DNA of 64,000 nucleotides from Octopus vulgaris (taxonomy: Eukaryota): NCBI GenBank assembly GCA_951406725.2, contig OX597814.1:170190001-170254000 (forward strand), read 5' to 3'. Position 1 is the first letter of the stretch, and each line of letters begins with the position of its first letter. The notes under the pieces were generated by a model. It searched no databases. It worked only from the letters and a program-made list of their open reading frames with translations, and was not told the origin of the DNA. Positions 1 to 15,544 of the stretch are shown here, piece after piece. The position numbers and the translations under genes were made by a program.

Positions 1-1331
1 GCAGATGATATGTGGCAGTTGATACTGAGTGGTACTTTCTTATGAAGAAGCCTCTATGGGGTAATGATTTTCTAGAAATAGCAGCAAATCTGTCAAATTT
101 TACCCTACTGTCTTCAGAATGCGCATTACAATAGTTGTTGCTACTGCTATTGTTGATGGTGGTGATTTTTGTTGTTGTTGTTGTTGTTGTGGCTGTTATT
201 GTTGTTTTTGATGGGAGTTTTGTTTAATCACAGCCCAACTCTGCTTGAGTAGACCTTTGTTGGTAGTGTTGTTTAACCACAGGCCAACTCTGCTTGAGCA
301 GACTTCTAATCAAAGGTATTCCAACCACAACCATCATGTCATTTTTGAATTATGATTAGGACTTATTTATTTATGCACCCTTTTCAAGCTTAGCCAGGCT
401 CATGGGCCCGGTTTTCCAGTTTCTATGGCATATGTGTTCCCCCCAGCTAGATGGGATGCCAGTCCATCACAGCATTACTCAAAAAACAGAAAGAAAGAGT
501 GAGAGAAAGTTGGGCGAAAGAGTACAACAGGGGTCGCCACCACCCCCTGCTGGAGCCTCGTGGAGCTTTTAGGTGTTTTCGCTCATAAACACACACAATG
601 CCCGGTCTGGGAATCAAAACCACGATCCTCCAACCACGAGTCCGCTGTCCTAACCACTTAGGACTAAATTATTCAAAATATCCTTTCCTTCTATAAGATA
701 ATAAGGCTCTGATTTAAGGTTTAAGGGACATTTGGCTGCTATTTCTAGCAGATCAAACAAGTGTGAAACAATCGTACAGCTGGAACTCCATTCAATTAGC
801 TAAACATGAAGTGTAGAGACTGGAATTGTTTTATCAGACAGTAAAAATTGGATCAATAAAATTAAATGGTTCGCTAACAAGTAAAAGTCACTGGTTGTTA
901 TTTTAACCCTTTCCCTGTCCAGTATATCACATGTTATATACAGGACATATTTCCCTAGTGTCCATGCATGATATATTCTTTTATTCATTTTTTCTTTCTT
1001 TTACTTGTTTCAGTCATTTGACTGTGGTCATGCTGGAGCACCACCTTAAAGGGTTTTTAGTTGAAGGAATCAACCCCAGGACTTATTCTTTGTAAGCCTA
1101 GTACTTATTCTATTGGTCTCTTTTGCTGAACTGCTAAGTCATGGGGACGTAAACACACCAGTGTCAGTTGTCAAGCGATGGCGAGGCAACAAACACAGAT
1201 AAACACACACAAGTATGATAAAAATTTTCTCATGGCTGAACAAGTATTCTCAAATTATTAGAAAAGAATGGTATCAAACTGTACTATTGTGATGATCATT
1301 TACAGTTACCACATGATGTCAAGACAAGAAG

Positions 1332-1332
<1 letters not shown>

Positions 1333-1392
<60 letters not shown>

Positions 1393-1424
1393 CACACACA
1401 CACGCATGCACACGCATGCACACA

Positions 1425-1463
<39 letters not shown>

Positions 1464-1492
1464 ACACACACGCATGCACACGCATGCACACA

Positions 1493-1538
<46 letters not shown>

Positions 1539-1598
1539 CACACACACACGCATGCACATGCATGCACACACAAACACACACACACATACACACACACG

Positions 1599-1632
<34 letters not shown>

Positions 1633-1663
1633 CACGCACACACACGCACACACACACACACAC
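1333..1663. repeat. (CA)n microsatellite with higher-order duplication
   Basis: The interruption CGCATGCACA(C/T)GCATGCACACACAAAC recurs three times. Confidence 0.95.
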
Positions 1664-2026
1664 AAGATGGGCTTCATTCAGTTTCTGTCTACCAAATCTG
1701 CTCACAAGGCTTCAGTCTGCCCACAGCTATAGTAAAGGGCAGTTGCCCAAGGTACAACACAGTAAGACTGAACACAGAGCCATGTGGTTGTGAAGCAAGC
1801 TTCTTACTACACACCCATGCCTGCACTTAGCCCTCGTACTCATAAAGCTAATTACCCAGTTTGCATGACATACAAGTGGCTGAGATCACAACATTTCTCC
1901 CTGAATGAAACACTGTTCTGTTGCAGTGAGGCACAAGGCCAGCAATTTTGAGGGGAAGATTACAAATCAATTGCATAGACCCCACTACTTCAATGGTACT
2001 TTATTTTATCTTTATATATATATATA

Positions 2027-2565
2027 CAAGCAAAACGCCCCCTGTCCAATGGATGGTGTTGAGTTGTCAAACATTTAAACCAAATTTTCTCAAAACAACT
2101 TGTCCAACCGTCTCATAGGCCTCTCCTTTGAGAAACACTGATTTAAACTAAATTTGAGACACCAGCAAAAGAAGAAATAACGATAGACTTTTTTTCTATT
2201 CCAAAGGAATAGGATTTTATTCACACAAATATGCAGCCAAAGAGTTTAAAGTACCAGTAATGATAAGGCTGTTGAGTGGTTTAAACAGTAAGCTTGGCAG
2301 GAAAGAAATGTGCCTTTAAGCAGTACAAAAACAAAAAAAAATGGAAGGTGCAGTTATGTACAGGTTGACGGAAGAAAGGCAGAACAAAAACGTCTTTATC
2401 GGTCGCATTTTTACCGGGAATCAATTTTTGTTGCATTTTCAAGATTTATGCACGCCCTGATACTGTCGGTATCTACATATCAAATTTGAGCACAATCGGA
2501 TGGAGGATGCCTGAGATCCTAGAAGACACACACACAGACAGACAGAATGGATTTTATATAATAGA
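2027..2565 (-). mobile_element. Non-autonomous Helitron-like element, family A copy 1
   Basis: About 540-bp repeat shared with 5377-5913. Minus strand starts A|TCTATTATATAAAA and ends with a subterminal palindrome. Confidence 0.65.
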
Positions 2566-4243
2566 TGTTTACGTGTGGTTGTGTTTGCGCTCCCTTCTAC
2601 CATATGAACCTTTCTTTTATTATAGGCACAAAAAGGCGGTGAGCTGGCAGAATCATTAGCACACTTGGAGAAATGCTTAGCAGTATTTCATCTGTCGCTA
2701 CGTTCTGAGTTCAAATTCTGCCACGGTTGACTTTGCCTTTCATCTTTTTGAGGTTGATTAAATAAGTACCAGTTACTCATTGAAGTCAATGTAATTGACT
2801 TAATCCCTTCCCCCAAATTTGAAGCCTTGTGCTTCCAATAGAAAGACACAAAGCCTGGAATTTTGGGCAAGAGGGCTAATTGATTACATCAACCCCAGTG
2901 CTCAACTGGTGCTTTTATTTTATTGACCATGGAGAGGTGAAAGACAAAGTTCATCTTTGCAGGATTTGAACTCAGAACAAAAAGAATTGAAAGAAATGTA
3001 GTGAAGTATTTTGTCTAACATGCTAACAATTTTTCCAGCTCATCCCCTCAAAATCCCCTATACTATCTCTCAAATTTGGGATTTTATACCTTATGTAAGA
3101 AATCAATAACTTAAGCATAGGCCAACCATTTTGGCAGAGAGAAAGAGAGTAGAGTTAATAAAATTCTCCCTATTCCTCAATACTTGTTTGGTGCTTAATC
3201 AATTGATCAAAAGAATGAAAATCAAAGTCAGTCTTAACAGCATTTGAACTCTGAATGCAAAGTAGTATAACCAAACCACCTAAATTGTTTGGTTGTCTCT
3301 CTTTTGATTCTGCCTGGGAAAGATACCCAATGTAGACTAACAGTCTATCCCAGCATGCAATTTGTCTCTCATCCACCTACCATCAAAAACCAGAGTTAAA
3401 CTGAAACTTTGAAAATCTCCCTCAGGGTTCAAGAGACATCTACATTTATCATTTACTGATATCATTAGAATTTGTTTTAGAATTATTTTACAGACAATCT
3501 GTTATTATTTAAGCACAGATCTTTTACAAAATAGAAGTTAACTAAGGCAAAAGAGCTGATACAGTCAGATTACATTAAATCATGTTGTACTTGATACACT
3601 GAGAAAAAGACTTAATAGTTGTAGTTGGAAATGGCTATGATCCTGGGTTTGTTTGATCAGGTTTGACCTGACTTAACAATAACAGGTAAAATCAAGTTTA
3701 GCTAGATCTGAACTCAGAACAGTGAAGTACTGCATCAGTAAGCATTCAGTCAAGTATACGATTCTTTTGGTTACTTCCATTGGCTTCCTAGAAAATAGAT
3801 AGTCACAGAGATAAAATGAATAACAGCTACGGTTGCAATGTATCGATTAAATCTTGGAGATACATTGCACTAATGAATGATTTTTGATGATGAATAAATA
3901 CTTTATTTTTGATAATCATATTAACTCAGCCACTATAGATCTTGGAAATCACATTAAGAATTAGCTAAAATGATAATAAACCCCACCAATGAATTGGATT
4001 TTCAATGCGCGAATAAAGAAACAAAAAGAGACATTGAATACGTTTATTGATATATTACCAAGCATGACATTTGTTAATTGCCTAAATGTCTGAGATGAGA
4101 TATTGTTAATAAACTAACTTTTCATATTCCAACACGTCATTCCTTAATTTTGATAAACATTTCTTCAAAATAATTATAGCCCAAAGGAAGTCACCAATGA
4201 GTGGCTGCTAATGAATAGAAACTGAACATCTATTCCGACCCTG

Positions 4244-4471
4244 TTAACCCTTTAGCATTTAAACCAGCCTTATCCAGCCCAAAAATTCTACCTGTTTTAC
4301 ATGCAAGCTAACTAGATCTAGCCTCTCACACCAACCCTGTAATGTCATTCTAAAAATAAATAATGACATCATTGAAATCTCAAAGTTATGCGATAATGCA
4401 CGATTAATTTGAGACCATGTAAATAAATAAGGATTACATTTGACAGAGTAATCTGAATGCAAAGGCTTTAA
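4244..4471. mobile_element. piggyBac-like MITE (about 225 bp); other copies about 18718-18945, 19344-19541, 26707-26913 (inverted), 47890-48117
   Basis: TTAA flanks, CCCTTTAGCATT-type TIRs and shared internal sequence in five copies. Confidence 0.75.
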
Positions 4472-5376
4472 TGCTATATGCAGCCTAGTTGCTTTTGACA
4501 AGATAGTAATCAGTTCCACATATTTTGTATATAGCAGGGATCCTCAACCAATCAGCCACAGACTAGCACTCAGCCATGGACATGTACTGGGTAGTGGATC
4601 ATTTGATACCAAAATTTGATGACTGGCATCCATGCTAGTGGAGCGCTATGAGCACCATACGAGCGTGATCATTGCCAGAATGGCTAACTGGCTTCCATGC
4701 CAGTGGCATGTAAAAAGCTCCATTCGAGCGTGATCTTTACCAGTGTCGCCTTGCTGGCACATGGAAAAACATTCGAGCGAGGTCATTTCCAGTTCCGTTG
4801 GACTGGCTCCTGTGCAGGTGGCATGTAAAAAACACCATTTGAGCGTGGCCATTGCCAGTACCGCCTGACTGGCCCTCGTGTCAGTGGTATGTAAAAGCAC
4901 CCACTACACTCTCAGAGTGGTTGGCATTAGGAAGGGCATCCAGCTGTAGAAGATCAGATTGGAGCCTGGTGCAGCCATCTGGTTCGCCAGTCCTCAGTCA
5001 AATTGTCCAACCCAGGCTAGCATGGAAAGCAGACGTTAAACAATGATAATGATGATGATTTTATTGACTATCACAGTCTGCATGATGTTTTTGCATTATA
5101 TGTACATAACCAACAAAGGATCAAAGGTCCTTTCTGAGCCATAGGGTCATAAAGCCACTTTCTTTGATTCTGTTGCATATATATTTCTCTGCCCTTTGCA
5201 GGATTACACATTCTTTGCCAGATGAGTGAACTGGAGCAATGTGAAATGAAGTGTTTTTTACTCAAGAACACAATACATTGCCCAGTCCAGGAACTGAAAC
5301 CACAATCATACGAGCATAAGGGCACCACCCTAACCACTAGCCCTTGCACCTCCACATTTATGTATTATATATATAA

Positions 5377-5913
5377 CGATCAAAACGCCCCCTCCCCGTC
5401 CAATGGACGGTGCTAAGTTGTCAAACATTTAAGCCAAATTTTCTCAAAGCAACTTGTCCAACTGTCCCATAGGCCTCCCCTTTGAGAAACACTGATTTAA
5501 CCTAAATTTGAGACACCAGCAAAAGAAGAAATAAAGATAGACTTTTTTTCTATTCCAAAGAAAAATGATTTTATTCACACAAAGTACCAGTAATGATAAG
5601 GCTGTTGACTGGGAGAACACAAACATGGTTTAAACAGTAAGCTTGGCAGGAAAGAAACGTGCCTTTAAGCAGTACAAAAACAACAAAAAATGGAAGGTGC
5701 AGTTATGTGTAGGTTGACAGAAGAAAAGCAGGACAAAACGGCTTTATCGATCGCATTCTCACCTGGAATCGGTTTTTGTAATTTTTTCAAGACTTATACA
5801 GGCCCTGATATCGTCGGTATCTACATATCACATTTGAGAGCAATCGGATGGAGGATGCCCGAGATCCTAGAAAACACACACACAGACAGACAGAACGGAT
5901 TTTATATAATAGA
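5377..5913 (-). mobile_element. Non-autonomous Helitron-like element, family A copy 2
   Basis: Highly similar to 2027-2565; palindrome CCGTCCA-A-TGGACGG near one end. Confidence 0.65.
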
Positions 5914-8900
5914 TATTTGAATTATATATTATGCACTTTATTGTGATTTGTTATGCATGTGATCTGGTTTGCAGTAAAGTTGTCTTGTACGAAACCAATC
6001 CATGATGCAAAAAAAGGCTGGGGACGGTAAGTATTTAAGATAGATATGTAGATGTGTCAATCTTCTGAAGGATGACAACATTAATACCCTTCGTTTAGAA
6101 ATAAAGATTTCTAGTTCAAATCCAGTACAGTAGCGTATACATTAAGGAATAAAACACCTGATGATAATCAGAGATCATTATAATCGAAACATAATATGGA
6201 TATGAAATATTGGAAAATTAATGTTTCATCTCTAACGATGAGGTTAATTGACTGAAAAATTATGGTCTCATTATGTCATTTGTTGATGTTAGCTTTGTTG
6301 TCTTTTTATTTTTATTTTTCTTGCTTTATTATATTCATTGTTGGATGAATTTTGTATAATTTGAATATTTATATAATGCTAAAGAAATTGATTTTACAGC
6401 TGGACGCTTTTGTGACTGTTTATTCCTTTACAGAGAAAATAAGAGGCAAATCTGTTATCAGTTAGACAAATTAAGATTAATGGAGGGTGCCCCCACAAAA
6501 CATCACAGCTTCCTTCTTCTCATGATACATAAATTATCATATTTTATGAATTTAATTTAGTAGTTCAAATCAACACAGAGCATCACCAGTTTCCTCAGGC
6601 TCTACTTTGCATTGTTTTTTTAATTTCGTTTAATTGTTCCAGCCTTTGGACTACTGCGGCCATGCTGGAACACTGCCTTGAAGGGTCAAACAAATCGACC
6701 CCAGTACTTGTATTTTTAAGGCTGGTACTTATTCTATAGGACTCTTTTGCTAAACCACTATGTTATAGGTACGTAAACAAACCAATACCAGTTGTCAAGT
6801 GGTGAAGAAGGACAAAGACAAACACAGAGACATCATCCTCATCATTTAACATCCATTTTTCCATGCTGGCATGGGTTGGACAGTTTGACTGAAAGCTAGT
6901 AAGCTGGAGAGCTGCACCATATTTCATTCTGATTTGGCATGGTTTCTACAGCAGGATGACCTTTCTAATACCAACCATTCCAAGAGTGTAGTGGGTGCTT
7001 TTTACATGCCGCTGGCACGAGTGCCAATTATGTAAAACCAGCATCGGCCACAACAGCAATCTTGCTTCACTTGACAGGTCTTCTCAAGCACAGTATATTC
7101 TTTTCTACTCTAGGCAGAAAACCCGAAATTTTTGGGGAGGGGGCCTATCGATTAGATCGACCCCAGTATGCAACTGGTACTTAATTTATCAACCCCAAAA
7201 GGATGAAAGACAAAGTCGACCTCAGCAGAATTTGAACTCAGAACATAAAGACAGACGAAATACCTATTTCTTTACTACCCACAAGGGGCTAAACACAGAG
7301 AGGACAAACAAGGATAGACAAAGGGATTAAGTCGATTACATTGACCCCTGTGCGTAACTGGTACTTATTTAATCGACCCCAAAAGGATGAAAGGCAAAGT
7401 CGACCCTGACAGAATTTGAACTCAGAGCCCAAAGACAGACAAAATGCCGTTAAGCATTTCGCCCGGCGTATCAAGCACAGTATATTGCCTAAGACCTTGG
7501 TCACTTGTCACTGCCTCCATGAAGCCCAAAGTTTGAAGGGTGCCTTTTACATTTCACCAGCACGGGTGCCATATAGGCAACACTGGCACCAGCCATTACT
7601 CATGACATCAGCCATATACACACACACACATGTATGTATGTATATTTATATGCAACAGGACTTTTTCAGTTTTTGTCAACCAAATCCACTCACAAGACAC
7701 TGGTTAGCATAAGGCTATGGTAGAAGACACTAGCTCAAGGTGCTACACAGTGGGACTGAACCCAGAACCATGTGGTTGGGAAGCAAACTTCTTACCACAC
7801 TGTCATGCTCTTTGGCTATGAACACAAAAACAATACTTATAGAAACATTTGAAGTGATGGCCAGTAACCATATCTGCAAAATGTATATTTTCCTTAGCAA
7901 TAACAAAGGAATTAATATAACAATAAGTAACAGCAAATTCTTTTATAACATTGCCTTTTAAACATTTTAAACTGGAGGAAGTTGATTCACACTCTGTGAC
8001 TGTGTACATTTTTATTTCATTCTCTTTATAGAATCAATGTATTACCTTGTTATGAAGCGAATGTTTATGCGGCTATAGCTATGGCTATGTGCATGGGGTT
8101 GGGGTGCGGGGTGCAGTGTAGTAGTATAAGGCAGATTACATCAATAGTCACGGTTTATCAGTGTCTACTTAGAATACTTAGGACAGACAGAAGGAGAAGA
8201 AACTTGATATATGCCTGTAAGGTAATATAGCAGGAAAGTGAACTTCAAAAGCAACTACCTCTTGGAACTCTGTAAATTTGGAACAAAGGCTATTTATACA
8301 ACTTATTTAAGAGGTAATTCAACAATCTGAAGAGACAGCAAACGCTTTTACAAACCGAAATCATTTTCTAAAAGAGGTTGTCAGTCAAAGACACACAAGT
8401 AATTCAAGAATAGGTTTGATGAATACTTTTAGAACAAGAAATTGAAAGCATTTTTTTTCTAATGTAGAAGAAAAGGTGCATTTCATAAAAGTTGGCTTCT
8501 GCAAATTTTTGCCTGTCAGTTATGAAGATTCTTAAGTAAAATAAAGAAAACGGAATCTTATTTTCTAGTAATTCATGAAATATCTATTAGAATCTCACAG
8601 CTGATATTTTGGATGACATTTAGAAATGTGATGAGAATGTGATGATAAACAATGAAGGAAATTATATATAGTGTTTCTCTGTAGTGCCATGCTGACAAGT
8701 TGATAACTTGTTGATGAAGCAAATGATTGTAAGTTATTAGACTCCGTTTAAAACTAAATGTAGTTCCTAATGCAAGAGGATATTGTTGTCAGTGATATTT
8801 GTTCATTACTTAAATGATTACAAATGAATGACTAAGCAAAAAATAATTGAAAGCAATACAGTCATACAGACAAGAATAGCTTGTTATTTCTTACATTGGC

Positions 8901-10231
8901 ACAGACACACATATTGCAGAAGATGAAATTTGATAGAATGAATCAATCCCAGTGATAGTCTAATATGTGGAGACATGTGGTTTATTGATTAGGGTGATGC
9001 ATTCATGATCATAAGATTGTGGGTGTTGATTCCTAGACTGAGCAATGCATTGTGTTCTTGAGCAAAACACTGCATTTCATGTTGGTCCAGTCCACTCATC
9101 ATCATCATCATCATCATCATCATCGTTTAACGTCCGCTTTCCATGCTAGCATGGGTTGGACAATTTGACTGAGGACTGGCGAACCAGATGGCTGCACAAG
9201 GCTCCAATCTTGATCTGGCAGAGTTTCTACAGCTGGATGCCCTTCCTAATGCCAACCACTCTGAGAGTGTAGTGGGTGCTTTTACGTGCCATCGGCACGA
9301 GGGCCATCTGGCAAAAATGAATAATCCTGCAACGGACTGGTGTCACATCCAGGAGATAGATATATATGTCACAGAATCCAGAAAACCAGCCTTATGAGCC
9401 TATGGCCTAGGAAGAACCTTTGATTCCTTTTTATTGAATAGCCCGTATGTATTTTTATTGAACCCAATGAGAAGAAAAGCTAAAATGGACCCTTAGACAA
9501 AGCCAAATATTATTAGGCTAAAATCCAGAATCTGAGGAAACTGGTAAGTTCCTCTATTGCCAACAATAATAATTACAGCAAATTGAAGGAGTTTCTAACA
9601 TATCAGTAGGTTCTCAGTTACCATGAAGAATGGGAAAAGGTGACATTTTGGGATATAACCTTTGATGGACGGTTATAGCTTAAAACAAACTCTTTTCTGT
9701 GACTCATTGTAACCATACTTATAGATATTCAAAAAATTCATCTGGATTTACTAATTGTTATTAGATATTTAATTTAGTCCAGCTTTTACCTATAACTTGG
9801 AATTCCTTTGGCCTAAAATACAAACACATTTTCAATAAAATTCATTTCTGATGAGAAAAATGGGGAGAAATATCAAATATTTAAGTCATAAAATATAATA
9901 ATTGATTGATTCTAACACAATATTTTTCTTTCTCAACATCTGGTGCAAGATCTGCATTTGCATTTATGCATTCTTATTTCTTTATTGCCCACAAGGGGCT
10001 AAACATAGAGGGGACAAACTAAGACAGACAAGGTTTGAACTCAGAACAAAGATGTATGAAACCGCAGGAGTGGCTGTGTGGTAAGTAGCTTGCTTACCAA
10101 CCACATGGTTTCGGGTTCAGTCCCACTGCATGGCACCTTGGGCAAATGTCTTATACTATAGCCTCAGGCTGACCAAAGCCTTGTGAGTGGATTTGGAAGA
10201 CAGAAACTGAAAGAATCCCGTCATATATATG

Positions 10232-10268
<37 letters not shown>

Positions 10269-13200
10269 TTGTGTGTCTGTGTTAACAACCGATGCTGATG
10301 TGTTTATGTCCCCATAACTTAGCTGTTCGGCAAAAGAGACCAATAGAATAAGTACTAGGCTAACAAAGAATAAGTCCTGGGGGTGATTTGCTCAACTAAA
10401 GGTGGTGCTCCAGCATGGTCGCAGTCAAATGACTAAAACAAGTAAAAGAATAAAAGAGTAAAAGAGAAACCAAATACTGAAAGATATTTGGCATTCTACC
10501 ATTCATTCTCTTGAGATAATATTTATGTTGTTGTCATTTAAATTCATGCTGGCCATTATCGAAGAGATATATATTCAAAAAGATATTGTATCCATGACTT
10601 TGATCTTTGCTATCTCTGTTAAATAGGTGGTATTAACGTGTCTGATACACAGCAGGTCAACACTTGCAGGAAAAATGTGCTCAGAGAAGGAACCATGGAT
10701 CTGATCTAAATTCTTGCAGCAGAATGGACTTAAATAATGGTAGTGAAGGTTGAGTTAATGGCATTAAACAGAACAGTATGTTAGACATAACACTCACTGA
10801 TGAAAAATATATTTTATTTTGCTAAAGATGACTTAAATTTTGCAATCCTTTCTTAGATGAATAATTTCTTGTGTTATAATTTGTTGCTTCACCAACATTG
10901 ATAAAATTGCCTGTTTTTAAATGTAGAATACTCAGAGTTTGTTTTCTCTCAGAGCTGCTATAGTGTACCATACCCAGGATGCTTGACACTCAATACTTAA
11001 AGCTACTTCAATATAAATAGGTACTGCATGGTAGTACCTACTTAAAATAACTTGCCTCTTTTGTGTTATCAAGTGAGCTTCTTTAAGACTGCTGTACCTG
11101 GTTGCTGTTGCTGTTGAGCAAACGGTCTTCGTCCCAGAGTTCGCAAGATGAGAGAGGTCCGAAACATGATCCTTTGCTATTTGTAAGACTCGCAGAAGAG
11201 AGAGCAGGTCAACCCCCAACACCGAGAGCATCAACGGATGGATGAATGTGCATCCAGGCTCAGCGGTTGCATAGGAAGTAGGGGACAAGAAACAGGAAGG
11301 AAGAGTGAGAAAGTTAGAGCGAAGGAGTACAACAGGGTTCACCACCATCCCCTGCCAGAGCCTCGTGGAGCTTTAAGTGTTTTCACTCAATAAACACACA
11401 CAATGCCCGGTCTGGGAACTGAAACCACGATCCTCCGACCACGAGTCTACTGCCCTAACCATTGGGCCATTGCACCTCCACTTCTGTACCTGGTGGAAAT
11501 AATAGCCAAATATTCCTCATATTATACCCTATTTTTTCTTTAATTATTTTTGTGATGAACTCTAAACCAATATCAATCTCCTTGCATCTATCTTTACAGT
11601 CTTTAAATCTAGAAATGTCTTTCTATTTGTCATATAGTTATTATACACATAGAAACAACCAGCCACAGACACAAGAAAATACGAAGAAATTAGCTTTATT
11701 AGTCTGAAGTAATAAATTTGTCGATTTCTCGCTCCAATAACCTGACTATACTTCATTCATTTCTTTGGCTTCACCTCCATCACCATGAAGTTCACTAATG
11801 AAAGACTTAGACAACTTATTTTTATCCCCAAACACAATTTGCTAACAACCCATGCAAAGAAAATATTTATAAGTCATCTTATAGAGACATACATATATCA
11901 TTTTCATCATACACACAAATTATCATCATCAGAAAGAGCAACATAATAATTATTGTCATCACAATCAATGTCATCTTCTTTTTCATTATCATCAGTTGTT
12001 ATTGGGTTATGACACCATTTATTTTCTTTCCTATTAGAATAGTTAGGATGGGTCAATGGTGTAGCATTTCCTTTGTGTCTTAAATCTTTATCTTCTCATC
12101 AGTGAGTTTTAACCTCTAAAAGTCCTTTATAATAATTTATCTCAATTTTATTTCATGTTTTTAGCTATCCACATTATTGACTACACCTGAACACTTCATT
12201 CACCTTCAATTCTCAACAATACTTCTTAACTTTCTAAAATTTGATCAAAATATCTCCTCCTCCCAGGTCTGAATTTACCCATTCCTCAATGCCATCTATT
12301 ATTTCTAACCTTCCACATTTGAACCTCATTATCCAATACTACAATGACCAATAACCCAACTATCTCCAGTCTCCTCATGCCTGAACTACCTCAACACCTG
12401 AACTACCTTGGATTTCTTCTTTACCTCTTTGCCCTTCCTAAAGCCCATTTTAGCACCATACTTGCAGCATGGGTTGGACGATTTGACTGAGGTCTGGCAA
12501 ACCAGATGGCTGCACCAAGCTCCAATCTTGATTTGGCAGAGTTTCTACAGCTGGATGCCCTTCCTAACACCAACCACTCCGAGAGTGTAGTGGGTGCTTT
12601 TATGTGCCACTGGCACGAGGGCCCGTCAGGCAGTACTGGCAGCAGCCATGGAAAGATCGTGTTTTTTTTTTATGTGTCACCTACACAAGTGCCAGTAAGG
12701 TGACGCTGGTAATGATCACGCTCGAATGGTGCTTTTTACGTGCCACTGGCACGAACGCCATTTAGCTGCTCTGGCAATGATCACACTCGGATGGTGCTCT
12801 TAGTGCTCCACTAGCATGGATGCCAGTCAGCGAATTTCATTTCGATTCCAATTTCACTTGCCTCAACAGGTCTTCGTAAGCAGTGTCCAATGAAGGGAAG
12901 GTACATGGTTGTTATATTTTTTTGATAACATGATAGGTTAGATAGGATGATGTCTTTATTACAATAACCAATAATATGTTGTGCATGTATAGTAATATTA
13001 CGATTATGAAATTAGCATTAGCTTATCTCACTCTTTCTCGCAGAACCACTTGGAACCTTTTGTGGAACCCTAGGGTTCCAGGGAACCCCAGTTGAGAAAT
13101 GCTGCTCTAGACTATCAGCTCATGACAGTTGGTGAACCAACATACATCATCTGTCCACACCATATTTCCAAAACTGGAAAAAGGTGAGCCCACATTGAAT

Positions 13201-15544
13201 CAAGTCTATGTCCCAGTTTTTATTCACAGTTGCAGTAAGTTCATCTTCCTTTCATTGTTTAAAGCTTTTGATAAAAAAAAAATGGCATGAATGTCACACA
13301 ATAAATCTCATCCTTAATAAATGTAGGATCTCATACTAAAACAAGAAACCATTATATTTTCAAAAGCAGAATAGTCATTTACTTTTGATAAAATAAGAAA
13401 CAAAAATGCAATTAGATAAGTTCTCGGGTCTTCTTTCAAATCCACAACAAGCATTTTTATTGTGTATTTGTACACAAATTGTATATGCTTGTATTTAAGG
13501 CACATCACCAGATTAGTCATACTCCCATTTAACCCATTCCACATATTTGGTAAGATTATCAAACTATTTCTTCATGTTATTCAAAAGTTGCATGAAAGGA
13601 AGTGAAGAAATTCATCATAAAGTATTAATTTTCATTTTCTGTTCCAATATTGGTTATATAGTGGAATATTGAGAGTTACGAAGTTTAGGGTCTCAAAAAG
13701 TGCTCTGTGTGTGTGTCTGTGTGTGTGCGTGCACATGTGTTGCATGTGTGTGCATGTGTGTGTTGTGTGTATGTGTGTATGTGTGTGCATGTGTCCATGT
13801 GCATGTGTCCATGTGCATGTGCATATGTGTGTGTGTGTGAGAGAGAGAGTGAGCAGGAGAGAGAGTATACACTAAAGAAAATTTTACAGAGTGGCTCTAA
13901 ATGAGGCAGTTTTTCTTTTGCTAAAAATAGCAGCACAGTGTTGTCATTTTTTAAGATTTGTCTGTGGAATACTACAAATAGAAAATATTCATCTCAATCA
14001 GATAAAAATAAAAAATGATCTGTCATTTGAATTCAATAAATAAGAAATGTTTCTCCATTAGATAGATAGAGAAATAGTGAGTAAGGTGAGAGATCCTCAT
14101 TGCTGTCAGTGACACAGAGTCTAGCATCAACTTAGAAGACTTTGTGATTTTTATCATCATGAAAGTTCAAGAAGGTTCTTCTGGGATTTCTAAGCAAAAA
14201 CTTGCTGAACCAAGCCCATGTATTCCCATGTTTATTTGACCTTTATCCAGTTCTTTTAATTATTCCAAGTTTCATCTCAATTTTCATTACTAGATTCACA
14301 GCACATGCAGCAACTAATTTTTGCCCATCCAAAGATGTCCTTCCCACTCACACTCTTTTACTCTCTTTTACTTGTTTCACTCATTTGACTATGGCCATAC
14401 TGGAGCACCGCCTTTAGTCGAGCAAATCGACCCCAGGACTTATTCTTTGTAAGCCTAGTACTTATTCTATTAGTCTCTTTTGCCAAACCACTAAGTTACG
14501 GGGACGTAAACACACTAGCATCGGTTATCAAGCAATGTTGGGGGGACAAACACAGACACATGAACATATACATACACATACATATACATAAATATATACA
14601 TACATATATACGATGGGCTTCTTTCATTTTCCATCTACCAAATCCACTCACAAGGCTTTGGTCAGCCCAAGGCTATAGTAGAAGACACTTGCCCGATGTG
14701 CTATGCAGTGGGAATGATCCCGGAACCATGTGGTTGGTAAGCAAGCTACTTATCACACAGCCACTCCTGCGCCTAAAATGTGTTTGTCACTGTAATAATT
14801 CTGTATTTTTCTCCCCCTTATTCTTTCATTCCCTCTTTGTCCTTCGCTCTTGTTCTTACTCTCATTTAATACTTCTCTCTTCTTCTTCTCCCCGCCACTT
14901 ATCATTTTCTCTTTTCATACTTTACATGCCCTCTCTCCTGAGTCCTCACCTGCTCTCTTTCACATTTACTTTTCTTCTCTTTCATACTCTCTCCCAAATT
15001 TCGCCTGCACACTACTGTCTCTACTTTGGGTTAATCCCAATATTCTTCACTCTTATTCTGTCTTTTCAACTGAAAATTTCATTGAAACCAGAAGCTTTTA
15101 ATTCCTGCATTTTCCTTTTACTGTAATGAAACCTTAGTGTCTCTTCTTCCTTTCTTTCATATAACTACTCAGCGAATGTTGTTTTATTCATGCCTTGCTG
15201 AAATACTTCCACATGTGTATATGTATATATATATATATATATTGTTAATCCAAACATGAAAACACAAAGAGAAAACACAACAACACGAGGACGTGGAACA
15301 AGTAAAGTATTACTGGACATTCTGGAAAGGAAAGAAAGAAGGAGGAATTAATGTTTCGAGCAGAGCTCTTCGTCAGAAACATAGAAAAAGCAAAGATCCA
15401 AGGAAGGGAAGACGGAGGAAAAAAATCACCAAAGATACACACGTGGTTACATATTGAAATATATATATAAATATACCGGAGTAAACACATAAATGTGAAA
15501 CAAGGTGGAAAAAAAAAGAGTACTCAAATACCAGTGGTAGAGTA

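Noticed and set aside
1268-1830. His/Thr and Cys/Val-rich ORFs (also about 13669-13936, 15750-16147, 40106-40719, 58024-58687, 62084-62381)
   Set aside because: Translations of microsatellites that lack stop codons.
9188-9397. Recurring peptide AEFLQLDALPNANHSESVVGAF in many ORFs
   Set aside because: Antisense translation of the non-coding RTE 3' tail repeat, not a protein family.
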